From NCBI GenBank assembly GCA_038087875.1, contig CM075989.1, forward strand, positions 3,596,001-3,660,000: a DNA stretch of 64,000 nucleotides. Direction: 5' to 3'. This DNA is from Malacoraja senta. Lineage: Eukaryota. The position numbers and the translations under genes were made by a program. This document shows, in pieces, positions 12,966-24,918 of this stretch; positions within the stretch are counted from its first letter, which is position 1; the number at the start of each line of letters is the position of its first letter. The notes beneath the pieces were generated by a model. The model was not told where the DNA came from and did no database searches. It saw only the letters and a program-made list of their open reading frames with translations.

Positions 12966-13853
12966 TATTTAATGCTTCCATTTCTCCATCCAACAAAAGG
13001 GGTCATTTTGGTCCATGGTATCTATGGCACTGTACAGAGCACTCACATGCCACCAGTAATTTTCCTTGTGAGTTACTGTCCCCACATTCCCTTCAACCCT
13101 CCCCCCCTCTCCAAATTCTACCCCTTACTTACACAACTGGGGCAAATTAAAATGGCCTATTAACCTGCCGACCAGCATGACTTTGGGATGTGGGATTAAA
13201 CCGCAGTACCCTGGGCAAAGACACTATCACAGTAAGAACGTCTCTGGGATGCCTTTTTTTTTGTTTTCGCGATACTGCATGGAACAGGCCCTTCAGCCCA
13301 CTGAGTACATGCCAACCGCTAATCACCCATTCACATGTTCCATGTTATCCCACTTTCTCATCGACTCCCAACACAATAGAGGCAATTTTCACAGTCAATT
13401 AACCTACAAACCAACATCCCTTTTGGATGTGGGAGGAAACTGGAGCACCCGGGAGAAATCCGCATGGTCACACGGAAAACGTGCAAACTCCGCACAGACA
13501 GCAACCGAGGTCAGGATCGAACCGGGGTCTCTGCGCGGTGAGGCAACGGCTCTGCCAGCTATGCCGATGGGGTTTCAGGCAATAAACCAGGTAACAAACT
13601 GAGTTAATAAACCAGCAACAGGCCGTTTGTACCTCTAGTTTAAAGGAATTGGACGGGTACATGGATAGGAAAGACGTAGAGGGATATGGACCAAACACGG
13701 GCAAATGGGACCATCTTAGATGGAGCATCGTGGTCGGCATGCATGAGTCGGGCCAAAGGGCATGTTTCCATGCTGTGTGAATCTATAACTGATGACTGAA
13801 GGTGATAATATTTCCTAAAACATTTTAGAAATGAACAAACAATACTGGTTGTT

Positions 13854-14425
13854 AAAGAAGGAACTGCAGATGCTGGAAAATCGAAGGCACACAAAAATGC
13901 TGGAGAAACTCAGTGGGTGCAGCAGCATCTATGGAGCGAAGGAAATAGGTAACGTTTTGGGCCGAAACCCTTCTTCAGACTGATAGGGGGTGGGGAGAAG
14001 AAAGGAAAAAAGGAAAAAGGCGGAGGAGGAGCCCGAGGGCTGGGGGAGGGGAGGAGACAACCGGATGGCTGATGAAGGGGAGGGGACAGCAAGGGCTAGC
14101 AGAATTGGGAGAATTCAATGTTCAAGCCGTAAATTGGAGGAAATGCACCTCATATTCCGCTTGGGCAGTCTACATCCTGGGGGCTTGAACATTGAATTCT
14201 CCCAATTCTGCTAGCCCTTGCTGTCCCCTCCCCTTCATCAGCCATCCGGTTGTCTCCTCCCCTCCCCCAGCCCTCGGGCTCCTCCTCCGCGTTTTCCCTT
14301 TTTTCCTTTCTTCTCCCCACCCCCTATCAGTCTGAAGAAGGGTTTCGGCCCGAAACGTTACCTATTTCCTTCACTCCACAGATGCTGCTGCACCCGCTGA
14401 GTTTCTCCAGCATTTTTGTGTACCT
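13854..14425. mobile_element. Penelope-like palindromic (fold-back) insertion
   Basis: About 243-bp near-perfect inverted arms (13886-14128, 14183-14425); 19-bp TSD ACAAACAATACTGGTTGTT (13835-13853, 14426-14444). Confidence 0.92.
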
Positions 14426-14780
14426 ACAAACAATACTGGTTGTTTGGGTGGACCTTATAGTGTGCTTGACTTCATTCAAAGACAAATGGAGAGCTCTCCA
14501 GGTAGACTAATCATTGGTGTTGTGTACAAAGTGGCTGGGACAGTTGTCTTTATAACAATCATAAAAGCTATTTGATATCTGAAGCACTTTTGAATTATTG
14601 AGTTGTGATAAAGTCCTTCAAAAATATAAATAATACTTTCTTTGGTGATATTGACCTATTTGAAGAAATTATTGACTGATTTTATTATAAACGTTCTGTC
14701 TTCGTGGGAAAAATTAAATCAGAAAACATTTATTACTTACTAGGGAATGAGATGAGACTGTCATTTTCTTTAGCGAAAAG

Positions 14781-15862
14781 TTTAGAGTTTAGAGATGCAG
14801 CGAGGAAACAGGCCCTTCGGCCCACCGAGTCTGTGCTGACCAGCGATCGCCGAGACTAACATTATCCTACACACTAGGGACAATTTACAATTTTCACCAA
14901 AGCTAATTAACCTACAAACCTCTTCGTCTTTGGAATGTGGGAGGATAGAACATATAAGATTATTAAAGGGCCTGTCCCACGGGCATGCGAATCCATGCGG
15001 CAAGCGCGACCTAACCGCAAGCGGGTGCCGTGCGGGGGCCGCGCGGAGGTCGCGGGGCCGGTCCCACTTCGATCGCGGGAGCCGCATGGAGTTGTGGTCC
15101 CGACATCGCGCGGGGCTCCGAAAAACTGACACTGTTCAAAAATTCCATGCGGCAACGGCCTGCCGCCCCTCAGCCGCATCGAGGCCGTGCGCACCGCCTC
15201 GACGCCGGACACACTGTCTTGACGGCACTCGACCTTCGCGCGGGCCCCGCTCCCGATTTGGTAGTGCTTGCCGCATGCTGGTGGGACCGGCCCTATACGG
15301 GGATCACTCGACCTCCGCGCGGCCCCCGCTTGCGGTTAGATCGCGCTTGCCGCATGGAGTCGCATGCCCGTGGGACAGGCCCTTAAGCGTTTGGACATGC
15401 TCTAGGCAGGAAACATGTTCCCGATGTTAGGGGGAGTCCAGGACCAGGGGCCACAGTTTAAGAATAAGGAGTAAGCCATTTAGAACAGAGACGAGGAAAC
15501 ATTTTTTCTCACAGAGAGTTGTGAACCTGTGGAATTCTCTGCCTCAGAGGGCGATGGAGGCCGGTTCTCTGGATACTTTCAAAAGAGAGCTAGATAGGGC
15601 TCTTAAAGATAGCGGAGTCAGGGGATATGGGGAGAAGGCAGGAACGGGGTACTGATTGGGGATGATCAGCCATGATCACATTGAATGGCGGTGCTGGCTC
15701 GAAGGGCCTATTGTCTATTGTCTATTGAAACCGGAGCACCCGGGAAAACCAACGCGGTCACGGGGTAAACGTACAATCTCCGTACAGGCAGCTGCCGTAG
15801 TCAGGATCCAACCCAGGTCTTTGGCGCTGTATAGGCAGCGACTCTACCTCTGTGCCACCATG
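14781..15862 (-). mobile_element. HE1-like SINE split by a plus-strand CR1 3' fragment (about 14946-15727)
   Basis: SINE 3' half at 14781-14945 and 5' half at 15728-15862 rejoin at GGGAGGA|AACCGGAG. Confidence 0.8.
14967..15383. mobile_element. GC-rich PIF/Harbinger-type MITE
   Basis: About 59-bp TIR starting AGGGCCTGTCCCACGGGCATGCGA; TAA TSD (14964-14966, 15384-15386) inside a CR1 fragment. Confidence 0.9.
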
Positions 15863-16518
15863 CTGTCAAGTGGGAGAATATTGCTTCAATTTGATTTACA
15901 CCACATTGTTTGTGTGCAGAGAAATCAAAAAGGCTTTTTGTTTTGTGATTGATTTGTCTTCAGAATGACTCAAGTATTACAAGAGGCAGCAGGAGGCCAG
16001 GTGAGGAGAGCAGGGAGATCCGTGCATCAACCTGTCACTGCAGTCAGGAAGTGTGGAGGGGGGGGGGGGGGGGGGAGGCATAGCGGGAAATGAGATGGTG
16101 GCAGAAATTGATGGTCAGACTCTATAATTAAGAAGTACGTGTCAGCAATGGCATTCATTCCTAGTGGTTACTGGTCTGGAGTTCACTGTCTCAAGAAGTG
16201 GTGGAGACAGAGACACTGAGGGCTTTCAGCAGCAATGGTTGGGCTAATGAGAGAGGATAATTTGCAGAGCTACGAGGAAAGAATGGGCAATGCCGCTGAA
16301 TGGATCTCACTACAAAGAGCCGGGTTCGAGAGGATGGCGGAATCGACCTCTTCTGTCACACGACCATTGAATCGTCCGATGAAAAGGAGAGTGGTGGCAT
16401 AGAAACATAACATAGAGACACAGACAAAAGGTGCAGGAGTGGGCCATTCAGCCCTTCGAGCTAGCACCTGCCATTCAATATGATCATGGCAGATCATCCA
16501 AAATCAGTACCCTGTTCC

Positions 16519-17022
16519 CAGGGCCTTCTTAACAGCATTATAGGCCCCCGGGCAAAGCAGCGCACTGGGGCCCCTGCCTACACAACCACTCACAGGAATA
16601 AAAATGTCGACAAAATTAAAACCCGTTCAAACGCTGCTGCCCCATTGTGCTGCAAAGCTGATTTTTTAATACGTTTCAGTCTTGAAGATGAACGTTCTCC
16701 TGAACAGTTGGTCACCATCATGCACGTGAACACTCTGAGTGCAATTTCAACGTCGGCAAACACAGATTTCAAGTTGTCCGAAATTATTTTGATCCTCTTC
16801 TTCAGATCCGTCATATCGAGTAAGACGCACACTTCGCTTTCGCTCCTGTTTTTTCACATCGCTATAATCTGAATCTGGCTTTCAATTCGTATTCACTAAA
16901 TTTGTCTCTAATTTCCTGAAGACAGGTTTTCAGAGACTCAACAAGTATGTTCACATCCTCTGACTGCAAGACTTGTTTTGTTCACTCTCTCAAGAATGTC
17001 ATACCAAAGAATTGTGAGAAAG
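16519..17022 (-). mobile_element. hAT transposon remnant (transposase C-terminal dimerisation region)
   Basis: ALRVFTCMMVTNCSGERSSSRLKRIK resembles the hAT dimerisation motif; terminus starts CAGGGCC; runs into the gap. Confidence 0.8.
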
Positions 17023-17222
17023 NNNNNNNNNNNNNNNNNNNNNNNNNNNNNNNNNNNNNNNNNNNNNNNNNNNNNNNNNNNNNNNNNNNNNNNNNNNNNN
17101 NNNNNNNNNNNNNNNNNNNNNNNNNNNNNNNNNNNNNNNNNNNNNNNNNNNNNNNNNNNNNNNNNNNNNNNNNNNNNNNNNNNNNNNNNNNNNNNNNNNN
17201 NNNNNNNNNNNNNNNNNNNNNN
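17023..17222. other. Assembly gap (200 N)
   Basis: Run of N. Confidence 1.
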
Positions 17223-17568
17223 GGACCCAGTTCTGCGAGTTTGGTAACCAGCTTGGAGAGGATGCTTGTATTAAATGCCGAGCTGTAATCAATGAATAAC
17301 AGCCTGACATTTAAGTTTTTGTTGTCCAAGTGGTCCAGAGCGGAGTGCAGGGCCAGCGAGATCGCATCCACCGTTGATCTGTTGTGGCGGTAAGCGAACT
17401 GCAGTGGGTCCAGGTTTTTGTCGAGGTAGGAGTTGATTTGCGCCATGATCAACCTCTCAAAGTACTTCATCACCACAGGCGTTAGTGCCACAGGTCGATA
17501 GTCATTGAGGCACGTCACCTTACTCTTCTTGGGCACTGGTATAATTGATGCCCTTTTGAAGCAGGTGA
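17223..17568 (-). mobile_element. Rex1/Babar LINE reverse transcriptase fragment
   Basis: [13 protein letters not shown]...[20 protein letters not shown]...[18 protein letters not shown]...[12 protein letters not shown]. Confidence 0.9.
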
Positions 17569-18380
17569 TAGTCACTAAAACAAGTGGTATTGTAACTATA
17601 AACTTTTCAGAGGTGATCTACACATTTTGTCTGCTACTTGTAGGCTTACATGTATGGAATTTTATATTAAAATGTAGCTTAGATCCGTTTGGTCCAGTCA
17701 CTTTTTAAGTGCACATTTTAATTACTTTCCATTCTACCATAGAGATATAAAGTCGATAAGACTTTATTTGTATTTCCATGATTCTACAGACCTTGGCTGG
17801 GAACCTGGGAGGGGTGGGGGGAACCCTGGTCCGTGGCGGCTCCTGGTCCGTTCCCTCTGCGGATGCCGCCTGGCCCGCTGAGTTCCTCCAGCACTGTTTT
17901 TTGTTTGGCTCTGGAGTTGAAGGTGGACACGGGGGGCTGGGGTGGCTCAGCGGGACGGGCAGCCGCTCTGGAGAATGGGTGGCTTTTCAGGTCGAGACCC
18001 TTCTGCAGACAATCACAAGTACTCTCACCGACGAGAGTTCAGTTCAGTCTGAAGAAGGGTCTTCGCTCCAGAGTCGCTGCCTGTCCCGCTGAGTTTCTCC
18101 AGCTTTATGTCTAACTTCAATTTCAAGAGTTAAATAAAAAACACAGAGTGCTGGAGGAACTCAGCGGGCTAGGCGTATCTGTGGAGGGAATGGATTATGA
18201 GTTGTTTCGGGCCAGGGTTCTTCTTCAAAAGGAAGGACCTGCAGATTAAAGATACTAGAGCAGATACTAGTATCTTTGCTGCAGATCAGGCATGATATTC
18301 TTCCGATTTAAATCGTAATTCCGATTTTATTGTTTTCCTATTTTCATTTTTTGTACCGAAGCAGACGATGGCTGCAGCCA

Positions 18381-18384
<4 letters not shown>

Positions 18385-18411
<27 letters not shown>
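18385..18411. repeat. (GA)n microsatellite
   Basis: About 13 GA units. Confidence 0.95.
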
Positions 18412-18437
18412 TATGCAAGAAAGCAGCTATGACATAT

Positions 18438-21400
18438 ACTAGTAAGATTAAACGAGAACTTACCAAGTTTGAAGTTTGATCTTTATTTTATGAGGAGTTA
18501 CATTGGTGATTACGTGAAGAAGACCCGTCAGGGCGCATACGCGTCAATCTTCAAAGCAGCGTTATGAAATCACAGATAACACAATATTTGAAGTAACATA
18601 TTAAGATGAGCAACATGAGAACTACCATATGATCTTTTTTATGAGAGAGGGTTGGGCGTGGCGGGCACGTAATCACCAATGTAACTCCTCATAAAATAAA
18701 GATCAAACTTCAAACTTGGTAAGTTCTCATTTAATCTTACTATTTTACTTCGGAGTCACGTGAGTGACTATGTGAAGGGTTCAAAGCTCTGTGATTTTAT
18801 GCCGCAGATCCAAATCCCAGCTTCTCACTGCATTGATTGACTTTCGATGAGAAACAATCAATAATGCGTTAAACATGAAATTTGAATATCATGCAGTAAA
18901 AATTGATTTGAATAATCAAAACAACCAGTAACCCCTCTATCCCAGGGGAAACTAAACAGGACTTAATCCTGAATTTGCAAACAGCCTCTCGCCGATCGGC
19001 AATCAGCCGATAGTAAATTAAAAAAAAACAATTCATTTGACCACCCGGCACCTGTAAGAATATGGCCGATGTGAACATCCATCGCGCTAGCCGACGACGT
19101 TGCTGCTGCACTAGTGGAAAAGGATATATACACTTCAGTGTTAATACCTGCCTGAATCAACATTTGCTTTAAACCACCTTGAGATAGTCTGCACTGACAT
19201 TTTCCTATGTGGCTACATGTAAATAATAAACAATGCTGTTTCCACATTTCTTAAGGTCTTTATAGCTTCAATATAATGAAAATAAATGTGCCATTACACA
19301 TAAACATGGAGCAGTAGATTATGCTGAAACACAATTTTAACAAACCTGTGACACCTGGCCTGCTCTGTTTGAGCAGGACGCAAATATATAACATAACTTT
19401 CTCTTCAGCAACTTCCATCCTGTCTAGCAGAAGCTTTTGCAAATTCTGCACTTGCTATGCTGAACCAATGCCATGAGCATAACCACTTTCATGATTAGTT
19501 TGGCAAATTCAGAGACATGACAGGAACCTACTGTCGAAGCATCTTGAGGAGCACACTTACATCCCAGGTCGTCATATACCTGAGTTTAGGAGGTTTAGAG
19601 TTGAAATTCCTTTCGTCAATCGAGCTCTGATATGATGAAACCCAATAGGATCTTTCCTGACCCCATCAAAACCATACGAGGACAAAGCACTTAAAGCTGT
19701 ATTAATGGTGCTATAACTGAGCCCCTCATCATCGTAGAGTGTCGACAGGAACTCTAAAATATCCACAATACCTGCAGTACTATAGTCAATATTATTTTGT
19801 ACACAATATTGCTCCCATTTTTTTTTAACATAAGTAATATACCCCTTTTGAGTACTCTTTCTCCAGGCTACAGTGAGCATGTCCACCGTTCACCCAGACA
19901 GTCCTTGCTCCAGGTATGGCCTTCTTAAAACCTGCAAATTAACAAGTCAATACTATCACATAACAGATGACTTTCCCGTGTTAGCGGATGCTCCAGTCAA
20001 TTGCTACGCTTGGGAACCACGAAAAAGAGGTTGGATCCCTAACTGTAACATCAAAGGGAACCATGCTTGATTCGGCCAATTAGGTATTACAAGCACCCCT
20101 AAAGCGGCATCGTGCTTGATTTCTTGCAGACTCCGACCTATTAGGCAAAATGGTAGGAAAATATATAAAACAAACCACCCCAATGTAACGTCAAAGTATC
20201 AATTGCAACTGCCACCTGGTCTGGTTCCCATGAAACCTATTTAGGCTGCTGATGGTTGAACCTTGATGCAAAACAAATCGATACTGAACACCTCCTGGTT
20301 CAACATCCAATCTATGTTGTCATGGAACTTTCGTGACTTGGCGTCTGCTACTATGTAGAATCTACCTGGTAGATAAATAGCTGAAATATCTTTTTCAATG
20401 CACCAAGCCCAAATGTGATTAGTCAATCTGTCACAAAATACTGACTTGATTCCACCGATGTGATTAATATATATGCCACTTGCGTAGTATTGTCAATCTG
20501 AAAACTGAACATGCAGATTACATTTGTTAGAGCAATAAGCCTCTTAATAGTTAATTGCCCATGTCTGCAGAAGCGATGCCTCTTGCTCAGTCCATCTGCC
20601 ACCACAGCTAAAACTCATATCCGTGACACCCCACCCGAGTGCACTGACATTCATCTGCAAAATCATGGAAGGCTGGTCAAGCATTACCTTGCTATAACTT
20701 CTGGACACATGGTGAATCCACCATTGCATATCAGAAATAGCCTTTACTGATAACTGCATAGGTCTATTATAATGACCCAAATGTATCCTTAATGTCTCCA
20801 TTAGCTTGATACACCTGTCAATTAGCTCTACCCTTTTTTCCCTGGGCAGAGTCACTTAATTGAATCATTTGTGACCCAAATAATCAGGTGTTAATTTGGA
20901 TTCCTCTGGATGAATAATGCCCAATCTTTGAAAATTGGATTTAACAACTATCACCTGTTACTTCAGCTGTTCACTTGGATACCCCTGTAATCAAGATATC
21001 ATCGAGATAAGCCATGAGCACAAGACCCTGGCCTCTCAGCATGCCTATTATAGGTTTTAACAATTTTGTTGCCATAGTTGATCCATCCAGGTGAATTTCA
21101 AATATCCTTATCCTGCAAATAAACAGACATTGAGTATAGCACATCTTTAAGGTCTATAGTCGCCATATAGCATCCTCTTGACCCAGTTGCTTGGCAGTGA
21201 CGATTCCATCTTACAATGTCTATACTATATCCCCCATTTTTTTGGCCTGGGAAAATATTAGACACAAATTGATGGGGTTGGTGAACCAACTTTACCATTA
21301 CACCTTTATCGCATAAGCTTGTAAGCGCAGTCTGAACATCCATCTGTTCTGTTAATGAAAACTGAATAGTTCTCCCAAGAACATGCTGAATGTGCAAATC

Positions 21401-23222
21401 ACAATTTGGATTGAAATCCATTCAAAACCTTTGAATAACACTCTGTATAAACAGAGCTAAGGTAATTTGCTTCCATTCATCCCAGAAACAGATGTAATGT
21501 ACCCCAGATTTAAGTTGTGTCACATTTGATATGTGCATCTGAGAACCAGGCCCACCTACCTCCTTGGTACCTGGTGGATGTTTGACCATGTTCCCGCTTC
21601 GTTTGTAGGGGTACATCATTTTTAGGAAACTTGCCGATTGCTGGTGGCTTGATCAAGCCCACCGTCTTTGCCTCGTTATCCATGCCCTTGACACTCTTGG
21701 CGAGGTCCTCTCCGAAGAGTAGGTTTGCCGGCTGAATGTTGCTAGGCTGGAAAAATACTGCAATCTTGGAATTAATGATGGGCCGAATGGCACTTTCCCT
21801 GAGACAATTTATCTAAAAAATGGGTGCTACAAAGCAACCCTAGTACCTCTTGATGCATCTCCGACACATGCCCTCCATCCACCGTTCTCGCGAATGCCGT
21901 GATTCCTGAGTCAAGTAATTTTAGGATTCTCTGCAGCTTCATCTCCTGGGCACTGCACGCCCATGCCCGTCTGGCTCCATATCACCCGGTTCACTGCTGG
22001 CACCTTCAGCAACTCGCAGTTACCCCGGTCTCTTGGTGATTCCAGACTGACTGGACAGCGAATCGTACTGCCAGAGATGGGAACTCTGACAACGGCCATC
22101 TTCGCTTTCCCAGTGGCACTCCACACTCTGACGGGACAGCGAATCGTGCTGCCAGAGAATGGACCTCTGACAACGGCCGTTCTTTGCTAGTCAACAAAGT
22201 CTCCGTCAGAGTCGGGTCAGAACTGAGCTGACCCTCTGCAAGCGCCTTTTAAATGAGGGTGCTATCCAGCAGCCTCTATATCGTGGAGGCCAGCTCTTCT
22301 CCCAGTGGCACTCCATACTCTGACGGGACAGCGAATCGTGCTGCCAGAGAATAAACCTCTGACAACGGCCGTTCTTCGCTAAGTTCCAAGTCTCCGTCAG
22401 AGTCGGGGTCAGAACTTAGCTGACCCTCTGCACTCACCTCATGCATGAGGGTGCTTCAAGCAGCCCTCTACCAGGTGCTGCCAGCGTGGCCTTTCTGCAG
22501 CCTACCGCCCACACAACTCCTCCCCCCGGAGTGTGCGTTTCTGGAGCAACCTCTGGATGAGGTGCTCCATTTGGGAGAACCGTTTTAAAACGTCTCCAGC
22601 CCCGTACAGGCTCGTTGTGGCCCGACTCCGTTGAGTCTGAGGGCCTCCCAGACTTCCCCGTGCCTTACGCCCAACAGGCGTTGGCTTTGGTGCTTTTTAC
22701 CACTGAGTCTGAAGTCGCCCCTCTCCCGGTCGGCGACTGTGCAGGGGTACGAGGCAGCCGCTGACAGACCGCTTTCCCGCGGCTCTCCTATGCTTTACCT
22801 GTGGCTGTCCTCCCCCTGGTCGTCTTCACCATGGTGCCAGTAATAAAAAACACAGAGCACCACAAAAAAGGAACTTTCCCCTCCAGCTAAGTTTCTCACT
22901 TAGCTGGAGCTTTAAAACTATATAAGTACTTTAAAAGTACTTACTACAGGAGGAGCTCTGTCCTCCCCTGCTCGTCTTCACCATGGTGCTGCCTGTGACA
23001 AAACACAGAGCACAGCACCACAGTAAAGGAAACTGTTTTACTCCAGCTAAGTTTCTCACTTAGCTGGAGCTTTAAAACTCTTTAAAATTACTCTAAAAGT
23101 ACTTACCACGGGAGGAGCTCTGTCCTCCCGCTGTCCGTTCGCCAATGCGACCGACGTAATGACGCGCATGTGCCCTGACGGGTCTTCTTCACGTTGTCAC
23201 TAACGTGACTCCGAAGTAAAAT
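18438..23222 (-). mobile_element. DIRS1-type tyrosine-recombinase retrotransposon, copy A (family 1, full length, degenerate)
   Basis: Left end at 23222 (ATTTTACTTCGGAGTCACG...); ICR at 18667-18777; RT motifs YMATIDLKD and MAYLDDIL (about 21000); RNase H-like ALGWG; recombinase AWRKSTQKGY, YSTINTALSALS, STSAAATS...AGW. Confidence 0.93.
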
Positions 23223-24609
23223 ACACAATAAACTATATTATAAATACACAATAAACAAGTTATGCATTCTTCTACTCTTACATGGGTATGACCACACATA
23301 ACCCCCCCCCCCCCTTCCTTTCCAACCTCAGCCTCACGGACATTAGAGTACCTCTAGTTCCTAAAACCCATTTCCATCACTGGACAGCACCACTTACACT
23401 TGAAAATAAACAGGTAAATGGGGAGGTGGAGAGGCAGTGTATCGGGGAACAAACAGCCCAACAAACCAGACCGCAAATCCATTAGAGTTCCTTTAGCATC
23501 TTGCAAGCTGTACAAAACCGATTCCGTGATCATCACCATCCATTTCATGGGGTGATATAACCAACAACTTATGTAATAACATGCAAAATACATACTGCAC
23601 AATAACTCTCCCCCCCCTCCCCAAGAACAATAGCCAAATCTATAAGATAAGCCGCCCCCCTCAACCCGGTTTTACACTCGATCAACGGGTACATCGCGCT
23701 CCTTGATTAATTCCATCTCCACTGATAGTTTACTGGAAGTTTATACACAATCCCCGTCCAGAACAGGCGTTCTGAGATAATTGACTTGTGTTAAGAGATA
23801 TTTTCTCGACACTTACGTCCCCTCCTTACACACCCCAGATAGCTAGTAGTTACTTGTTGTTATATTCATACCAGGTTTGCGAGGGAAAGTTTGCCTTTGC
23901 AAATTTCAAAAACAAAAACATGGTAAACTCACTTGAAGATGTGAAGTTTAACTTCCCCATTGCTTTTGGTACCAGTCCATTGATTTGTATTAATTTTAAA
24001 CTCTCATCAGTGTGTGTATATAAAGTTGATCCCAGGCTCCTTGCCACCTTGCACAGTACCATTTTCAAATTTCACAATTCCGGACATAATTAACAGAGAA
24101 AATTAGTTTGTTACAATGAGCAGAAAATATGAAAATACAAACAGAAATTGGCTACTCAGCCCATCAAATCATTTAACGAGGATTGTAACTGAAGTAAACA
24201 AATCACTTTGCATTCCTACCTTCCATAATATATTTTTATCCCCTGCATACCTACTTTTGCATTGAAAGTATTCAAAGCCTTTGCTTCTCCTACCCTTTCG
24301 GGAAGAGAGCGAGGATACGTTACAAAACATCCTCCGCAGAAATCCTCTACACTGGCGCCACACATGGATGTGTTCTCAGCCCCTTACTATACTCCCTATT
24401 TACTCATGACCTTATCGCAAAATTTGGCTCCAACTCCAAGGACTATTTTGCCAATGACACCACTGTAGCTGGTTGGATTTTGAACAATGACGAATTGGAA
24501 TACAGGAATAAGATTGAGAGCTTGGTAGCATGGTATCAAGACAACAACCTCTCCCTTGTTATCAAGAGGTAGGAGCTAGTTATTGCCTTCAGGAAAAAAG
24601 GTTGGGTAC

Positions 24610-24813
24610 TGTAAATAGTCATTACACACGTGTGACATTATAATAGTCTTTTAATAAGTATACAGAGTTAAACAATACATGAGTAGTCACTGATTCCAGT
24701 CTGCTACTGTACTGCGCAGAAGGAGAAGCAGGCATTATTATAAATGATACTTAAGGCGGGGTTAGTAGTGGTGAGGTAGCTATGTGATTGGTTGCATGCC
24801 TAAACCATCTACA
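24610..24813 (-). repeat. 3' LTR of Gypsy copy 1
   Basis: Direct repeat of 26052-26255; adjacent to PPT CTTCTAAGGGGAAGGA. Confidence 0.95.
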
Positions 24814-24918
24814 TCCTTCCCCTTAGAAGATTAAACATGAACACTTGATTAAACATGGTGGATAACTATGGCAACGACTTAAACAAAATCACCATACCGA
24901 ACAGCTTCCTCTTCCGAA

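Noticed and set aside
14782..15430. Overlapping 100-166 aa ORFs on both strands
   Set aside because: By-product of a GC-rich palindromic MITE; no protein motifs.
16978..17310. ORFs spanning the N run that join hAT and Rex1 sequence
   Set aside because: Artefact of translating across an assembly gap.
23230..24360. Possibly decayed coding sequence on the minus strand (e.g. ORF 23850-24068)
   Set aside because: No recognisable domain and multiple stops; cannot be assigned without a BLASTx or HMM search.
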